The position numbers and the translations under genes were made by a program. DNA of 64,000 nt from Spirochaetia bacterium (lineage in GTDB: Bacteria > Spirochaetota > Spirochaetia > UBA9216): contig CAXXYH010000003.1 of the NCBI GenBank assembly GCA_963677925.2, positions 1,856,001 through 1,920,000 of the forward strand. Direction: 5' to 3'. Shown piece after piece: positions 30,569-41,351 of the stretch. The notes under the pieces were generated by a model that saw nothing but the letters and a program-made list of their open reading frames with translations, had not been told where the DNA came from and made no database searches. Every line of letters begins with the position of its first letter. Positions within the stretch are counted from its first letter, which is position 1.

Positions 30569-30663
30569 CAGCATCCTGTTCAGGCGGCTGGACGAATTTA
30601 TTTAATAGAAATCCCTTTTTTATAGTTTTTTTGAAATTTTTACTGATTTCTTAAAAAACAGTA

Positions 30664-30694
30664 TTGACCTTGAGCAAGCTCTAGGTTTTATATT
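30664..30694 (+). promoter_or_regulatory. MerR-type promoter (19-bp spacer with dyad)
   Basis: TTGACC(30664-69)-19bp-TATATT(30689-94); dyad ACCTTGAGC-AA-GCTCTAGGT. Confidence 0.75.
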
Positions 30695-30745
30695 CTATTT
30701 ATCAAAGCTACCAATAGCTAACTTAAAATATAGGACGGTATTCTA

Positions 30746-31726
30746 ATGAACAATGAAAAACTGATATTAGGACAGGAATGGGACAAGATTTTCCCGAAAA
30801 GCGGAAAAGTAAATCACAGTAAAGTCTCCTTTCATAACAGGTATGGAATCACACTTGCTGCGGATATGTATGAACCGCAAAATGCTGAGGGTAAACTTGC
30901 AGCAATTGCAGTAGCAGGCCCTTTCGGAGCAGTTAAGGAGCAGGCGGCAGGACTCTATGCCCAGGAAATGGCGGAAAGAGGCTTCCTGACTATTGCTTTT
31001 GATCCGTCATATCTTGGAGAGAGCGGGGGCACCCCAAGAGATGTTTCATCTCCCGACATAAATACAGAAGACTTTTCAGCTGCTGTTGATTTTCTATCAA
31101 CTCTCGAGAAAGTAGACTCTGAAAAAATCGGCATAATCGGTATCTGCGGATGGGGAGGAATGGCTCTCAATGCAGCAGCAATTGACACTCGTGTTAAGGC
31201 TACTGTGACATCCACAATGTATGACATGACAAGGGTGACGGCAAACGGCTACTTTGACTCAATGAGTCCTGAACAGCGTTATGAGATGCGGGAAAAACTG
31301 AATGCCCAGAGAATCGAGGACTATAAAAACGGAACTTATGAAAAATCCGGAGGGCTCCCCTCCCCCGAAATGCTGCCTGAAGAGGCTCCCTTCTTCCTCA
31401 AAGATTATGTGAACTTCTATAAAACCGATCGTGGGTATCACAAGCGATCTGTAAACTCCAACAATGGCTGGAATTCCACCTATGCTCTTTCTTTTACAAA
31501 CATGCCTATTCTTCAGTACACTGATGAAATCAAAAATGCAGTTCTGATGATTCACGGAGAAAAAGCTCATTCTGTCTATTTCAGTCAGGATGCTTTCAAA
31601 AAACTTACCGGAGACAACAAAGAGCTTATGATTATACCCGGGGCGGTTCACACTGATCTCTATGATGACATGAATGTTATTCCATTTAAAAAGATCGAAT
31701 CATTCTTTAATTCTTATTTATCATAG
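30746..31726 (+). CDS. Alpha/beta hydrolase, YcjY-like (Cys nucleophile)
   Basis: GPFGAVKEQ, FDPSYLGESGG, IGICGWGG, HTDLYD. Confidence 0.92.
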   Translation: MNNEKLILGQEWDKIFPKSGKVNHSKVSFHNRYGITLAADMYEPQNAEGKLAAIAVAGPFGAVKEQAAGLYAQEMAERGFLTIAFDPSYLGESGGTPRDVSSPDINTEDFSAAVDFLSTLEKVDSEKIGIIGICGWGGMALNAAAIDTRVKATVTSTMYDMTRVTANGYFDSMSPEQRYEMREKLNAQRIEDYKNGTYEKSGGLPSPEMLPEEAPFFLKDYVNFYKTDRGYHKRSVNSNNGWNSTYALSFTNMPILQYTDEIKNAVLMIHGEKAHSVYFSQDAFKKLTGDNKELMIIPGAVHTDLYDDMNVIPFKKIESFFNSYLS

Positions 31727-31829
31727 ACAGTAAAGAGTAAATGCTCGATCAGGAATTATTAGCTACTTTCTGGTTGAGCTTTCATAAATCATATTGATAT
31801 CTATCGAAACATATGGCAGTTTAATACCG

Positions 31830-32663
31830 ATGATAGACCTGCACGCTCACTCAACCATTTCAGACGGAACAGCAAGTCCGAAAGAACTTGTTAATCTTGC
31901 AAACCAGATCGGGCTTTCAGCCCTTGCTCTGACCGATCATGATAACATCGGCGGACTCGATGAAGCCCAGAAGGAAGCCGACAGAACCGGACTCACTCTT
32001 GTAAAGGGTATAGAGTTCAGCGTCTCATACGGAGATAACCGGCTGATTCATATTCTTGGTCTGGGAATTGATCCCGAAAACGATGAATTCATGAAAACTT
32101 ATATCCGGTTCAGAACTCTCAGAGAAGAAAGGCTTGAGCATGTTTTTGATGACCTGCACAAAATGGGCCTGGATATAAACCGTAAAGATGCTGAGCCGTT
32201 TATCTCAGGCGGGTTTATGGATCGTCATGCAGTTGCTAAATGTATAGTATCCAGAGGCCATGCACAGAGGATATATTACGCCTGGATCAATTATCTTGAT
32301 AAGATCCCTTATATACCGGGGGAACTAATATCACCGAAGGATGCATTCTCGGCTATTCATGCTGCGGGTGGAAAGGCTGTGATGGCACATTTTCACCTGC
32401 CGATCGGTCTAAAGGGTTATACAGAGGCTGAAGCCCGGCGGCGCCTGAAAGAACTGAAGGATTTTGGTCTGGACGGAATTGAATATCATTATCCATCCTA
32501 CTCTGAAGAAGACATGCTTCGTTGCGTAGGTTATATAGAAGAGTTTGATTTTATTAAATCGGGAGGGACTGATTTTCACGGGGAAAACAGACCGGAAATC
32601 AAACTGGGCATCGGCAGAGGCGACTTCAAGGTCCCCGAATCAATCCTTGATTTTTTAATGTGA
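31830..32663 (+). CDS. PHP-domain phosphoesterase (TrpH/YciV-like)
   Basis: IDLHAHSTISDG, ALTDHD, GIEFS, HILG, GGTDFHG. Confidence 0.92.
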   Translation: MIDLHAHSTISDGTASPKELVNLANQIGLSALALTDHDNIGGLDEAQKEADRTGLTLVKGIEFSVSYGDNRLIHILGLGIDPENDEFMKTYIRFRTLREERLEHVFDDLHKMGLDINRKDAEPFISGGFMDRHAVAKCIVSRGHAQRIYYAWINYLDKIPYIPGELISPKDAFSAIHAAGGKAVMAHFHLPIGLKGYTEAEARRRLKELKDFGLDGIEYHYPSYSEEDMLRCVGYIEEFDFIKSGGTDFHGENRPEIKLGIGRGDFKVPESILDFLM

Positions 32664-32771
32664 AATAAATATCCAGCAGTTACTGCTTGATTGACACTGT
32701 TAACAACTTTCCCTATTATTTGCCATCCTGATATTTTTATGCCTTTTACCGGCATTTGGAGAAAACAGGGA

Positions 32772-33224
32772 TTGAAGAGTGAAGATAAATTGACAGTGGG
32801 ATGGCGTGAGTTCGTCAGTCTCCCCGCCCTCGGAATAACAGATATCAAGGCAAAAATCGATACAGGCGCAAGAACATCATGCCTGCATGCCTTTAAAACC
32901 GAACATTTTACAAAGGAAGATACACCCTGGCTGCGGTTCTGGATACATCCTGTTCAGCATGATCAGGAACAGGTCGTTGAATGTGAAGCGCCGATCCTGG
33001 ATACCCGCAGAGTGAGGGATTCCGGCGGTCACGAAGAACTCCGGGATGTGATCCGCACAGAATTAAAACTGGCGGATAAAAGCTGGCCAATCGAAATTAC
33101 CATCACAAACAGAGAAAACATGAGATTCAGAATGCTGCTTGGACGCACCGCAATGCATCAAAGAGTTCTTGTCGATCCCGGACTTTCTTTTCTGACATCT
33201 CGCAGAACGGAGGCTGATAGATGA
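32772..33224 (+). CDS. RimK-associated retropepsin-like protease (RimB-like, Zn_protease family)
   Basis: [31 protein letters not shown]; TTG start assumed. Confidence 0.9.
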   Translation: MKSEDKLTVGWREFVSLPALGITDIKAKIDTGARTSCLHAFKTEHFTKEDTPWLRFWIHPVQHDQEQVVECEAPILDTRRVRDSGGHEELRDVIRTELKLADKSWPIEITITNRENMRFRMLLGRTAMHQRVLVDPGLSFLTSRRTEADR

Positions 33225-34126
33225 AAATAGGAATTCTATCAAGAAATTCAGAATTGTATTCAACAAAAAGGCTGGTGTCAGCTGCAGAGGAACGCGGACA
33301 TGATGTAAAAGTAATTGATGTACTGCGCTGCTATATGAATATAAACTCGGACAAACCGGAGATCCATTTTAAGGGTGAGGAACTGTCCGGCTATAATGCA
33401 ATAATTCCCAGAATAGGTGCATCGGTAACATTCTACGGAACAGCAGTTCTGCGCCAGTTTGAAATGATGGGAGTTTTCCCCGTGAATGAGTCGGTAGCCA
33501 TCAGCCGCTCACGGGATAAACTGCGTTCCATGCAGCTGCTGTCAAGAAAGGGAGTTGGCATGCCCATCACGGGATTTGCCAGCAAACCTGATGATATCAA
33601 GGACCTGCTGCACATGGTAGGCGGGGCTCCGGTAGTCATCAAACTGCTGGAGGGAACTCAGGGGATAGGAGTGGTGCTGGCCGAGACCAGAAAGGCTGCA
33701 GAGAGTGTCATTGAAGCCTTCATGGGCCTTAAGGCAAACATCATGGTCCAGGAGTATATCAAAGAGGCCGGAGGAGCTGACATCCGCTGCTTTGTAATCG
33801 GCGACAAGGTGATAGCAGCCATGAAGCGCCAGGGAGCTGAAGGCGAGTTCCGTTCAAATCTTCACCGCGGTGGTTCCGCATCCTTGATTAAGATAACCCC
33901 TCAGGAGAGGAAAACCGCAGTAGAGGCTGCTAAAATAATGGGTCTCAACGTTGCCGGCGTTGATATCCTCCGTTCACACAGGGGCCCGCTTGTAATGGAA
34001 GTCAATTCATCTCCCGGGCTTGAAGGAATCGAGAAGGCCTCCGGAGAGGATATAGCAGGCATGATTATTAATTTTATTGAAAAAAACGCAGCAATTAAAG
34101 GAACAAAGACCCGTGGCAAAGGATAA
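33221..34126 (+). CDS. rimK: Ribosomal protein S6 L-glutamate ligase RimK (ATP-grasp)
   Basis: [59 protein letters not shown]. Confidence 0.97.
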   Translation: MKIGILSRNSELYSTKRLVSAAEERGHDVKVIDVLRCYMNINSDKPEIHFKGEELSGYNAIIPRIGASVTFYGTAVLRQFEMMGVFPVNESVAISRSRDKLRSMQLLSRKGVGMPITGFASKPDDIKDLLHMVGGAPVVIKLLEGTQGIGVVLAETRKAAESVIEAFMGLKANIMVQEYIKEAGGADIRCFVIGDKVIAAMKRQGAEGEFRSNLHRGGSASLIKITPQERKTAVEAAKIMGLNVAGVDILRSHRGPLVMEVNSSPGLEGIEKASGEDIAGMIINFIEKNAAIKGTKTRGKG

Positions 34127-35174
34127 TAAGGCAGATTCATATTATTTTATGAAGGAGGAGGTTCTGCCCGGAACCCGGAAAGTCATTGACCTTGAAGCGG
34201 CAAGGCTGTACACAAGTACCCCCCTCTCAATTCCGGTTGAAATAATACATGGAAAAAAGAAGGGGCCGGTTCTGATGATTAACGCAGCCATTCACGGAGA
34301 TGAGCTTAACGGAGTTGAAATTGTCCGCCAGATGATAAATATGATCTCACCTGAAAAACTGCAGGGAACATTGATTTGTGTTCCTATTGTGAATGTTCTG
34401 GGATTCACCCAGAAATCTCGATACCTGCCTGATCGAAGGGATTTAAATCACTGCTTCCCCGGAAGTGACACCGGCTCTCTGGCATCGCGGACTGCTGCCA
34501 CGTTCTTTAATGATCTTGCCCTTAAATGCGATTACATAATAGATCTGCATACCGGGGCAATCTACCGGACAAATCTCCCCCACATCAGGGTGAACCTGTC
34601 CAACAAAAAAGCGCTTGAACTTGCTCAAATATTTGCAACCCCGGTAATACTCGATTCAGAGCCCCGGCACGCCTCCCTGAGAGGAGAAGCTGAAAAGGCC
34701 GGAATTACAGTAATTACCTATGAAGGCGGAGAAGCACTGAAGTTCGACCCGATTGCCATTAATGCCGGAATCACAGGAATAAAAAGAGTAATGTACCACC
34801 TTAAAATGCTTTCGCGCTCAGCCAGGAAGCCCCCTGCCTCCTACATCGCCAAATCTACAACATGGCTGCGGGCAAGCCATGACGGCATCATGCGCACCAT
34901 TGTGTCTCTCGGGGACAAAGTAAAGAAGGGGCAGACCCTTGCTTATATAAATGCGCCGCTGGGTCATTTTGAAGTGGAGATAAAGGCCGAAAAGGACGGT
35001 ATTGTAATAGGCCAGCAGACTCTTCCGCTGGTAAATGAGGGCGATGCGGTATTCCATATCGCGCATCTGGATGGAAAGCAGGATTCGATCGAACAGATAG
35101 TAGAAGAATTTATTGATAATGTAAATGAGAATCAGATCGACCCGCTTACAACCGGTTACATAACTCCTGTTTGA
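34113..35174 (+). CDS. Succinylglutamate desuccinylase/aspartoacylase (M14) family protein
   Basis: [29 protein letters not shown]; C-terminal biotinyl-like domain; start uncertain (GTG 34113 or ATG 34149). Confidence 0.9.
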   Translation: MAKDNKADSYYFMKEEVLPGTRKVIDLEAARLYTSTPLSIPVEIIHGKKKGPVLMINAAIHGDELNGVEIVRQMINMISPEKLQGTLICVPIVNVLGFTQKSRYLPDRRDLNHCFPGSDTGSLASRTAATFFNDLALKCDYIIDLHTGAIYRTNLPHIRVNLSNKKALELAQIFATPVILDSEPRHASLRGEAEKAGITVITYEGGEALKFDPIAINAGITGIKRVMYHLKMLSRSARKPPASYIAKSTTWLRASHDGIMRTIVSLGDKVKKGQTLAYINAPLGHFEVEIKAEKDGIVIGQQTLPLVNEGDAVFHIAHLDGKQDSIEQIVEEFIDNVNENQIDPLTTGYITPV

Positions 35175-35206
35175 TGTGATTTCAGGTAATCCGCGGCCTT
35201 TCTTAT

Positions 35207-36493
35207 CTAAAAACCAATTGATGAATACAGCGACATATAAAATCCCGGGGCATTAAAAAATGTGCTGAACTTCGGGCTGACAGTTCCCATATCAAAGCCG
35301 AACTCAATCATCCTGAGGTCAAGTTTCAAACCGAAATCTCCCCGCCACAGCGCATCCTGATAACCTATATTCCCATAGATCAGAGGGAATGCAGGGAATA
35401 TTGCGCCTATATTAAAGTCAGGCAGAAGCTCCTCGTTGTCGTAACTTAAACCTGCCGAGGTAATGATATCTGCCACACCGAAAACATCGAAACGGTAAAA
35501 CCCTCCAAGTCTTAGGGGCAGATATACCGTATAAGCGGCACTGTCTGAAGAAGTGAATTCGGGGTCGCTGAAATCGGAAGAAAACATTTCACTGCCGTTC
35601 AACGATGCGAGCGCATTAACCGCAGCGGAGGCATCAACTGTGATACTCGTGGAATAGTTAAGAGTTGCAGGAATAAGGGTGATTCCGGTGAGCCCGACGC
35701 CCCAAAGCGGCTTATCATCTTTGAGCCATGTAAACCCAAGATCCAGATTATATCCTGCAACGTCTCTAAATAGCGAAATTACGGTATCACCTGTGAAATC
35801 AGGAAGGTTATTGTAGTCGCAGGGAGAATAGGCCGAAAAACTGCCGTTTAATACTGCCTCAAGAGCAGCCTCCGCATCAGCACTAAGGCTGTACATATAG
35901 CTGGAATCGGGGTCGGTGTATAAAACCGGTATATACGGTCCTGTTTTCACGCCAGCAATCCACTTCTCAGCCTTGTAGCCGAGATATATGCCCGATTTTG
36001 CAAAAACCCGCCCGTAAACCGAGGCCTCACCGGTATATGAGACCAGCTCGGTTTCATCACTTTCAAAATCAATTCCGTTGGCAAATACATCAACTATACC
36101 ATAGGGAAGCTCAGGGCTTACAGCGGCATCAAGATTAAAATATCCGCCCAGACTTATATTACGAATCGAAATAGTCGAATGAAACTCTGCGGACCCGAGC
36201 ATAAAGACCTTCAGAGGATCTCCTTCCAGATCTACGGACATCTGATCCAAATCAAGCAGGCTCCCGCTTAATAGCATTCCAGGCAGATTGAAATAGCTGC
36301 TGCCGGCGGTCAGGCTGTTCGAAGAACCTGACTCAAAATACTCCCGCGCCATCCGGCCGTAATCTACGGAAAGAAAAACAGGATTTTCACTGTGATCATA
36401 TGTTGAGAACGGGTAGGAAAAAGCCGGTGCAGCCGGGCATATCAAAATAATCAGTAAAACTGCTGCTTTCTGTAACATCCTTCGGATTCTCAA
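35207..36493 (-). CDS. Probable outer-membrane beta-barrel protein
   Basis: Signal peptide; amphipathic strands; YLPLRLGGFY; C-terminal YSSIGF. Confidence 0.7.
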   Translation of the reverse strand: MRIRRMLQKAAVLLIILICPAAPAFSYPFSTYDHSENPVFLSVDYGRMAREYFESGSSNSLTAGSSYFNLPGMLLSGSLLDLDQMSVDLEGDPLKVFMLGSAEFHSTISIRNISLGGYFNLDAAVSPELPYGIVDVFANGIDFESDETELVSYTGEASVYGRVFAKSGIYLGYKAEKWIAGVKTGPYIPVLYTDPDSSYMYSLSADAEAALEAVLNGSFSAYSPCDYNNLPDFTGDTVISLFRDVAGYNLDLGFTWLKDDKPLWGVGLTGITLIPATLNYSTSITVDASAAVNALASLNGSEMFSSDFSDPEFTSSDSAAYTVYLPLRLGGFYRFDVFGVADIITSAGLSYDNEELLPDFNIGAIFPAFPLIYGNIGYQDALWRGDFGLKLDLRMIEFGFDMGTVSPKFSTFFNAPGFYMSLYSSIGF

Positions 36494-36552
36494 TCTGTGC
36501 CTCCAAGCCCATATTCATAGTCTACCCCACTCTAACACAGATTACAGAAATC

Positions 36553-37311
36553 TTATAACTTAAATACAAGACCGAGCGACATCCGGTATCGATGAGTATC
36601 TATCAGGTATAGATCTCCGGCACTCAGGCTGTCTTCACTGGTACTCCAGAAAATGGTTGAATATTCTCCGGATAGTTCAATCTTTATCAGATCACTGAGA
36701 TGATACATGACATTCAGGTATGGACCGTGTTCGTATACAAGAGTATCACCGAAATTCAGCGGAAAATACAATCCATAGCCTACTGAAGCATTTAAAACCG
36801 GCTGTCTGTCGATGATGAGAAACCAGGTAATATCGGGCTTAAAAAGGATTTTCTGCTGCTGATTGAAAAAATTATATGTGTAACGTGTCCTCAGAGTCAG
36901 AACATAGTTTCTACCCGGCAGAAAAGGCATTAGAAAACGGGGGCTGATATCGGCAGTCAGCAGATGCTCCCACCGGTCTGAGGTATCAGCCCATCCCCAG
37001 TCGCCGTCTCCCAGCGAAATCCAGTCATCATCATACCTTGCTCCGGCCTGAAACCTGTAAAACAGACCAAGTTTAATATTCTGATGAAGTCTGTAGTAAG
37101 CTCCAAGCGTCAGTGATTTGAAAAAATCCGAGCCCTGTGTATAGACCTGAAGTTCTCCAAGAATGTTAAAATCACCGATATCATAAACAAGGGCAGCCCG
37201 TCCTCCATATTCAAAGGTAATATCTTCCGCTTCAGGCTCATGATGAGATGCCGATGCCGGCAGAACGCTCAGTATTAAGAATATCAGAACTGTGAGAACA
37301 CTCACTTTCAT
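36553..37311 (-). CDS. Probable outer-membrane beta-barrel protein
   Basis: Signal peptide; aromatic-rich strands; C-terminal MSLGLVFKL. Confidence 0.7.
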   Translation of the reverse strand: MKVSVLTVLIFLILSVLPASASHHEPEAEDITFEYGGRAALVYDIGDFNILGELQVYTQGSDFFKSLTLGAYYRLHQNIKLGLFYRFQAGARYDDDWISLGDGDWGWADTSDRWEHLLTADISPRFLMPFLPGRNYVLTLRTRYTYNFFNQQQKILFKPDITWFLIIDRQPVLNASVGYGLYFPLNFGDTLVYEHGPYLNVMYHLSDLIKIELSGEYSTIFWSTSEDSLSAGDLYLIDTHRYRMSLGLVFKL

Positions 37312-37326
37312 TATCCATGCCCTCCA

Positions 37327-37998
37327 TCAGAAATAATCCTGATTGAGCAAATCAGTATATGCTCCGTCAAGACTTGTTGAATCGGACACCGGGCCCTCTG
37401 AAGGATCTGTATTCCAGTTAAGCTCATCAGTCCAGGAGTAATATTTAGGTTCAGACAGCCGTGTACCGCCAAAGATGCTTATCCCCTCACCTTCGGCAAC
37501 AAGAACAGAATCCCCTGTTTCCGGTATTTTAACTTCAACTCTGCCTTCATTTACGCAGAGCCAGATATCAGGAGCCTCTTCGACTGTACGGCCGTAGGCC
37601 ATAAAGAATTCTGTTCCTCTTACTCCGGCCACTGCAGATGGTGTTTTTACAGAATATGCTCTTCCGGCAAGCCTGTTTACTTTTGAAAAAAGTGCCCCCT
37701 CTACAAGCGAGATTCTTGTTTCAGCAGGTCTGTCCTCAAAGATAATTACTGTATTTTCCTTTAATTTTAGGCGGGACCCGCTCGCCATTTCTATAACGGC
37801 AGTGGAGGCAGTCCCGGTTTCTATCTGATCACCATTTTCAATCGCTAACCCGAAGTCGGCAAAAATCTCTTCCGTTCCCCTGCTGATGAAAACATCCCCG
37901 TCATAATATGCAATTATACTGTCCGCGATAAGCGGGCTGACTGAAACAATCACGGTTAAAAGTAGTAGACTTGAAATACTTGCAATACTTTTAAACAT
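37327..37998 (-). CDS. Periplasmic FecR-domain protein
   Basis: GDQIETG, VKTPSAVAGVRGTEF, VNEGRVEV; signal peptide. Confidence 0.9.
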   Translation of the reverse strand: MFKSIASISSLLLLTVIVSVSPLIADSIIAYYDGDVFISRGTEEIFADFGLAIENGDQIETGTASTAVIEMASGSRLKLKENTVIIFEDRPAETRISLVEGALFSKVNRLAGRAYSVKTPSAVAGVRGTEFFMAYGRTVEEAPDIWLCVNEGRVEVKIPETGDSVLVAEGEGISIFGGTRLSEPKYYSWTDELNWNTDPSEGPVSDSTSLDGAYTDLLNQDYF

Positions 37999-38070
37999 TA
38001 TTATCTCCTGTAGATTATAATATGTTATTGCTTAGTATTTTAGTCAACATTAATCATTCTCAAGCACCAG

Positions 38071-38110
38071 TTGACAGAACAATTTTAACAATATATATTT
38101 TTATCGATAT
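38071..38110 (+). promoter_or_regulatory. sigma70 promoter of the sensory hydrogenase operon with shared 17-bp element
   Basis: TTGACA(38071-76)-17bp-TATATT(38094-99), continuing as TATATTTTTATCGATAT. Confidence 0.8.
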
Positions 38111-38145
38111 TTTATTACTCAATCAAGTCTGAATCAGGAGAGGCA

Positions 38146-39918
38146 ATGAACAGTACTTATCCGGTATTCACTATCAAGAGCGAATGCATGGACTGCTACA
38201 AATGCGTCAGGGGATGCCCGGTTAAGGCTATAAAAATATCCGACAGCCATGCATCGGTCATAGCAGAAAAATGTATTGCCTGCGGTGAATGCATTTCGAT
38301 CTGTCCGCAGAACGCGAAAAAAGTAAGAAATGATATAGGTCCTGTTGAAGCGCTGATCAGCTCAGAAAGCAAAGTCTGCGTTTCCATTGCACCCAGCTGG
38401 AAGGCAAGCTTCAGCTGCAGTTTTTCCCAGCTTGCAGCCGGTCTGAGACGAATTGGATTCGATATAATAGAAGAAACCGCACTTGGAGCACAGGAAGTTT
38501 CAGCACATGCAAAGGCAATACTGCGCAGCAGAAAACAGTCTTTATGGATTTCAAGTGCATGTCCGGTAATAGTTGATTATATATGCAAATACATGCCCGA
38601 TTTCGCAAAGAATATTCTCCCGCTTTTATCTCCTGCCGCGGTGCACGGCAAAATGCTTAAAAAAAAGCACGGAAAAGATACCGCTGTGGTTTTCATTGGA
38701 CCCTGTGCCGGGAAAAAAAATGAAGCCGATCAGTTTCCGGATTTAATAGATGCAGCACTCGGTTTTGGAGAACTTTCGGAAATGCTTTCACGCAGAGGGA
38801 TTCTCCCGGAGAAAGAAAATGCTCACCCTTCAGGTGCTGAGCTTAATGAAGTTTACGAAGGAGCATTATACCCTGTTGAGGGCGGTATGAATCAGACTCT
38901 GCGGCTTTCGGGAAATATTAATGATGTTCAGCTTATTTCAATCAGTACAGTCGGAATGCTTCAGAAACAGCTTAAAAATCTGAATCAAAAGAAACTTACC
39001 GGTACAGTTTTTATTGAAGCTCTGGCATGCAGCGGAGGCTGTATGAACGGACCTCTGCAGTGCGGAAAGGAAGCAGGTGTCAACTCGGTATGCAATACAC
39101 TTAATGCAGTGCGCTACAGGGACCAGATTAATGGAAAACTTGATTCGGATATCAGCAGGGTATACAGACCTGAAATAGTTATAAAGGCAACCCCGTCCCC
39201 GGAACAGATACGAAAGACAATGACCCAGATTGGAAAAAGCTCTGTAGAGGATGAGCTGAACTGCGGAGGCTGCGGCTACGGCTCATGCAGGGAACTTGCT
39301 GTTGCACTGATAAATAAAACAGCAGAGCCTTCGATGTGCATTTCCTATATGCGCAAAATTGCAGCACGAAAAGCCGGTGCTGTATTCAACTGCATGCCGT
39401 CGGGAATACTGATGGTAAACCGCGAACTGAGGATCCTGGAAACCAACAGATCATTTATCCGGATGTTCGCACCTGAATTTATTGATGTTTACGAGAATGA
39501 CAGTGACTGTCTCAACGGCGCACTGCTGCATAAGGTTCTACCCTGTGCGGAATTGTTTGAATCTGTACTTGAAACTGATATTGATATGCATAAAGAGCAC
39601 TACCCGCTCAACAGCAGCCTCTATGAAATCAGTATATTCACTATAGAACCCCATCAGATAGCAGGTGCGGTTATTGCAGATGTTACAAAATATGAAATGC
39701 GCAGAGAGCAGATAGCAAAAAATGCACAGGCTGTAATAGCTAAAAATATGGAAATAGTACAGAACATAGCCTGCAGCCTCGGTGAACATATGGTGGAAAC
39801 AGAGATGCTGCTCTCTTCAATTGCGGAAGGCTTTGAGCCTGAAAAAAATCCTGATAATGAAAAGAACAGAAGCCGGCCGATGGATTTCCTCAATGGATTG
39901 GGGGCTTTATATGAATAA
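38146..39918 (+). CDS. Sensory [FeFe]-hydrogenase, HydS/HfsB-like (group C: 2x[4Fe-4S], H-domain, FeS, PAS)
   Basis: CMDCYKCVRGC and CIACGECISIC; P1 SSACP, P2 GPCAGKKNE, P3 EALACSGGC; NCGGCGYGSC...C; PAS-like C-terminus. Confidence 0.93.
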   Translation: MNSTYPVFTIKSECMDCYKCVRGCPVKAIKISDSHASVIAEKCIACGECISICPQNAKKVRNDIGPVEALISSESKVCVSIAPSWKASFSCSFSQLAAGLRRIGFDIIEETALGAQEVSAHAKAILRSRKQSLWISSACPVIVDYICKYMPDFAKNILPLLSPAAVHGKMLKKKHGKDTAVVFIGPCAGKKNEADQFPDLIDAALGFGELSEMLSRRGILPEKENAHPSGAELNEVYEGALYPVEGGMNQTLRLSGNINDVQLISISTVGMLQKQLKNLNQKKLTGTVFIEALACSGGCMNGPLQCGKEAGVNSVCNTLNAVRYRDQINGKLDSDISRVYRPEIVIKATPSPEQIRKTMTQIGKSSVEDELNCGGCGYGSCRELAVALINKTAEPSMCISYMRKIAARKAGAVFNCMPSGILMVNRELRILETNRSFIRMFAPEFIDVYENDSDCLNGALLHKVLPCAELFESVLETDIDMHKEHYPLNSSLYEISIFTIEPHQIAGAVIADVTKYEMRREQIAKNAQAVIAKNMEIVQNIACSLGEHMVETEMLLSSIAEGFEPEKNPDNEKNRSRPMDFLNGLGALYE

Positions 39919-41080
39919 CCAGGTGTTTATTGATGTCTCATGTTCCCAAAAGCAGAAAACAAACCAGAATACATGCGGTGACGTCTTTCTGTCAAAGCGC
40001 TACCCAGGAGAGCGCAGGGTAATTACTGTTCTTTCCGACGGACTTGGCAGCGGTATAAAGGCTCATATACTCGGGCAGATGACCGCGACAATGCTTCTCC
40101 GCTACGCCGAAAACGGCAGAAATATTGAAAAAGCCGCGGAAGTTGTTATGAACTCACTGCCAGAATGCCGGATAAGAAAGATCAGTTACTCCACCTTCAC
40201 AGTTGCAGACTGCCGTGAGAACGGAAAAGTTGAAATTCTTGAAGAAGGCAATCCGGGGTTTCTTTGGCTCAGGCAGGGCAGGAACCTTGAAGCCGAATAC
40301 GAAATAATAGCATCCAGTCAGTTCCGTGAAAGAAAAATGAAAAGATACAGACTGAATATGGAACCTGATGACCGGCTTGTTTTCTGTTCTGACGGAGTAA
40401 CCCAGGCTGGAATGGGCAGTGCAGGCCTTTCCAGCGGCTGGAAACGAACAGGCCTGCTTGAGCACACATTATCACTGCTGGAACGGGAACCGCGGATATC
40501 GAGCCGTGAGCTTGCCGGTAGAATTACATCTGAAGCCGTAACAAAAAGCGGGGATGGAATCATCAGAGATGACACATCTGCCGCTGTTATACACATAAGA
40601 ACTTCAAATCAGCTGCTTATATTCACCGGGCCCCCTTATCACAGGGAACGGGATAATGAACATGCAGAATTTTTCAAAAATTTCAAAGGGCAGAAAGCCG
40701 TCTGCGGCGGAACAACCGCCAATATTACAGCCAGAGAACTTGGGCTGGAGATTGAAACAGACATTCCTGAAGGAGATCTTCCGGGCATTTCACACATGCC
40801 CGGAACCGATCTTGTAACCGAGGGAATTCTCACCCTGACCAGGCTTCTTGATTATCTGGAAAACCCTCCAGGCTCAAGAATCGCAGACGCAGCAGTAAAG
40901 CTTATGCAGCTCATACTGAGCAATGACAGCATAATGTTTATGGTAGGCTCGAATATGAATATTGCATATTATGATCCTGAATGGCCTATGGAACTTGAGT
41001 TAAGAAAAAATTTAATCAGGCGCATTGCCGGAATACTTGAAGACAAATACATGAAGAAAACTGAGATAAAATTCATCTGA
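39911..41080 (+). CDS. SpoIIE-like PP2C Ser/Thr phosphatase (HfsC-like)
   Basis: CGDVF, LSDGLGSG, FCSDGVTQAG, DDTS, CGGTTA, LVTEGILTL; ATG overlaps the hydS stop (ATGAATAA). Confidence 0.92.
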   Translation: MNNQVFIDVSCSQKQKTNQNTCGDVFLSKRYPGERRVITVLSDGLGSGIKAHILGQMTATMLLRYAENGRNIEKAAEVVMNSLPECRIRKISYSTFTVADCRENGKVEILEEGNPGFLWLRQGRNLEAEYEIIASSQFRERKMKRYRLNMEPDDRLVFCSDGVTQAGMGSAGLSSGWKRTGLLEHTLSLLEREPRISSRELAGRITSEAVTKSGDGIIRDDTSAAVIHIRTSNQLLIFTGPPYHRERDNEHAEFFKNFKGQKAVCGGTTANITARELGLEIETDIPEGDLPGISHMPGTDLVTEGILTLTRLLDYLENPPGSRIADAAVKLMQLILSNDSIMFMVGSNMNIAYYDPEWPMELELRKNLIRRIAGILEDKYMKKTEIKFI

Positions 41081-41091
41081 ATGGAGAGAGT

Positions 41092-41346
41092 ATGAAAAAA
41101 ATAGATGTGGAAATCTGCTTTGGAACAGCCTGCTTTGTCATGGGAGGCGCTCAGCTGCAGGATCTTGAGGCAGAACTGGATTCTGAATTAAAAGAAATGG
41201 TGAATATAATCCCGCAGAACTGCATGGATCTCTGCGGTAACGATATGTACAGGAAGGCGCCCTTCGCAAGAATTGACGGAGAGGTTGTAGACGGAGCCAC
41301 AATCGACAAGATATTGATGAAGATTAAGCAGGCGGCTGCTTTATAA
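41092..41346 (+). CDS. Small thioredoxin-like [2Fe-2S] protein (HfsA/NuoE-like)
   Basis: ICFGTACFVMGG...NCMDLC...AP. Confidence 0.88.
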   Translation: MKKIDVEICFGTACFVMGGAQLQDLEAELDSELKEMVNIIPQNCMDLCGNDMYRKAPFARIDGEVVDGATIDKILMKIKQAAAL

Positions 41347-41351
41347 TTACT

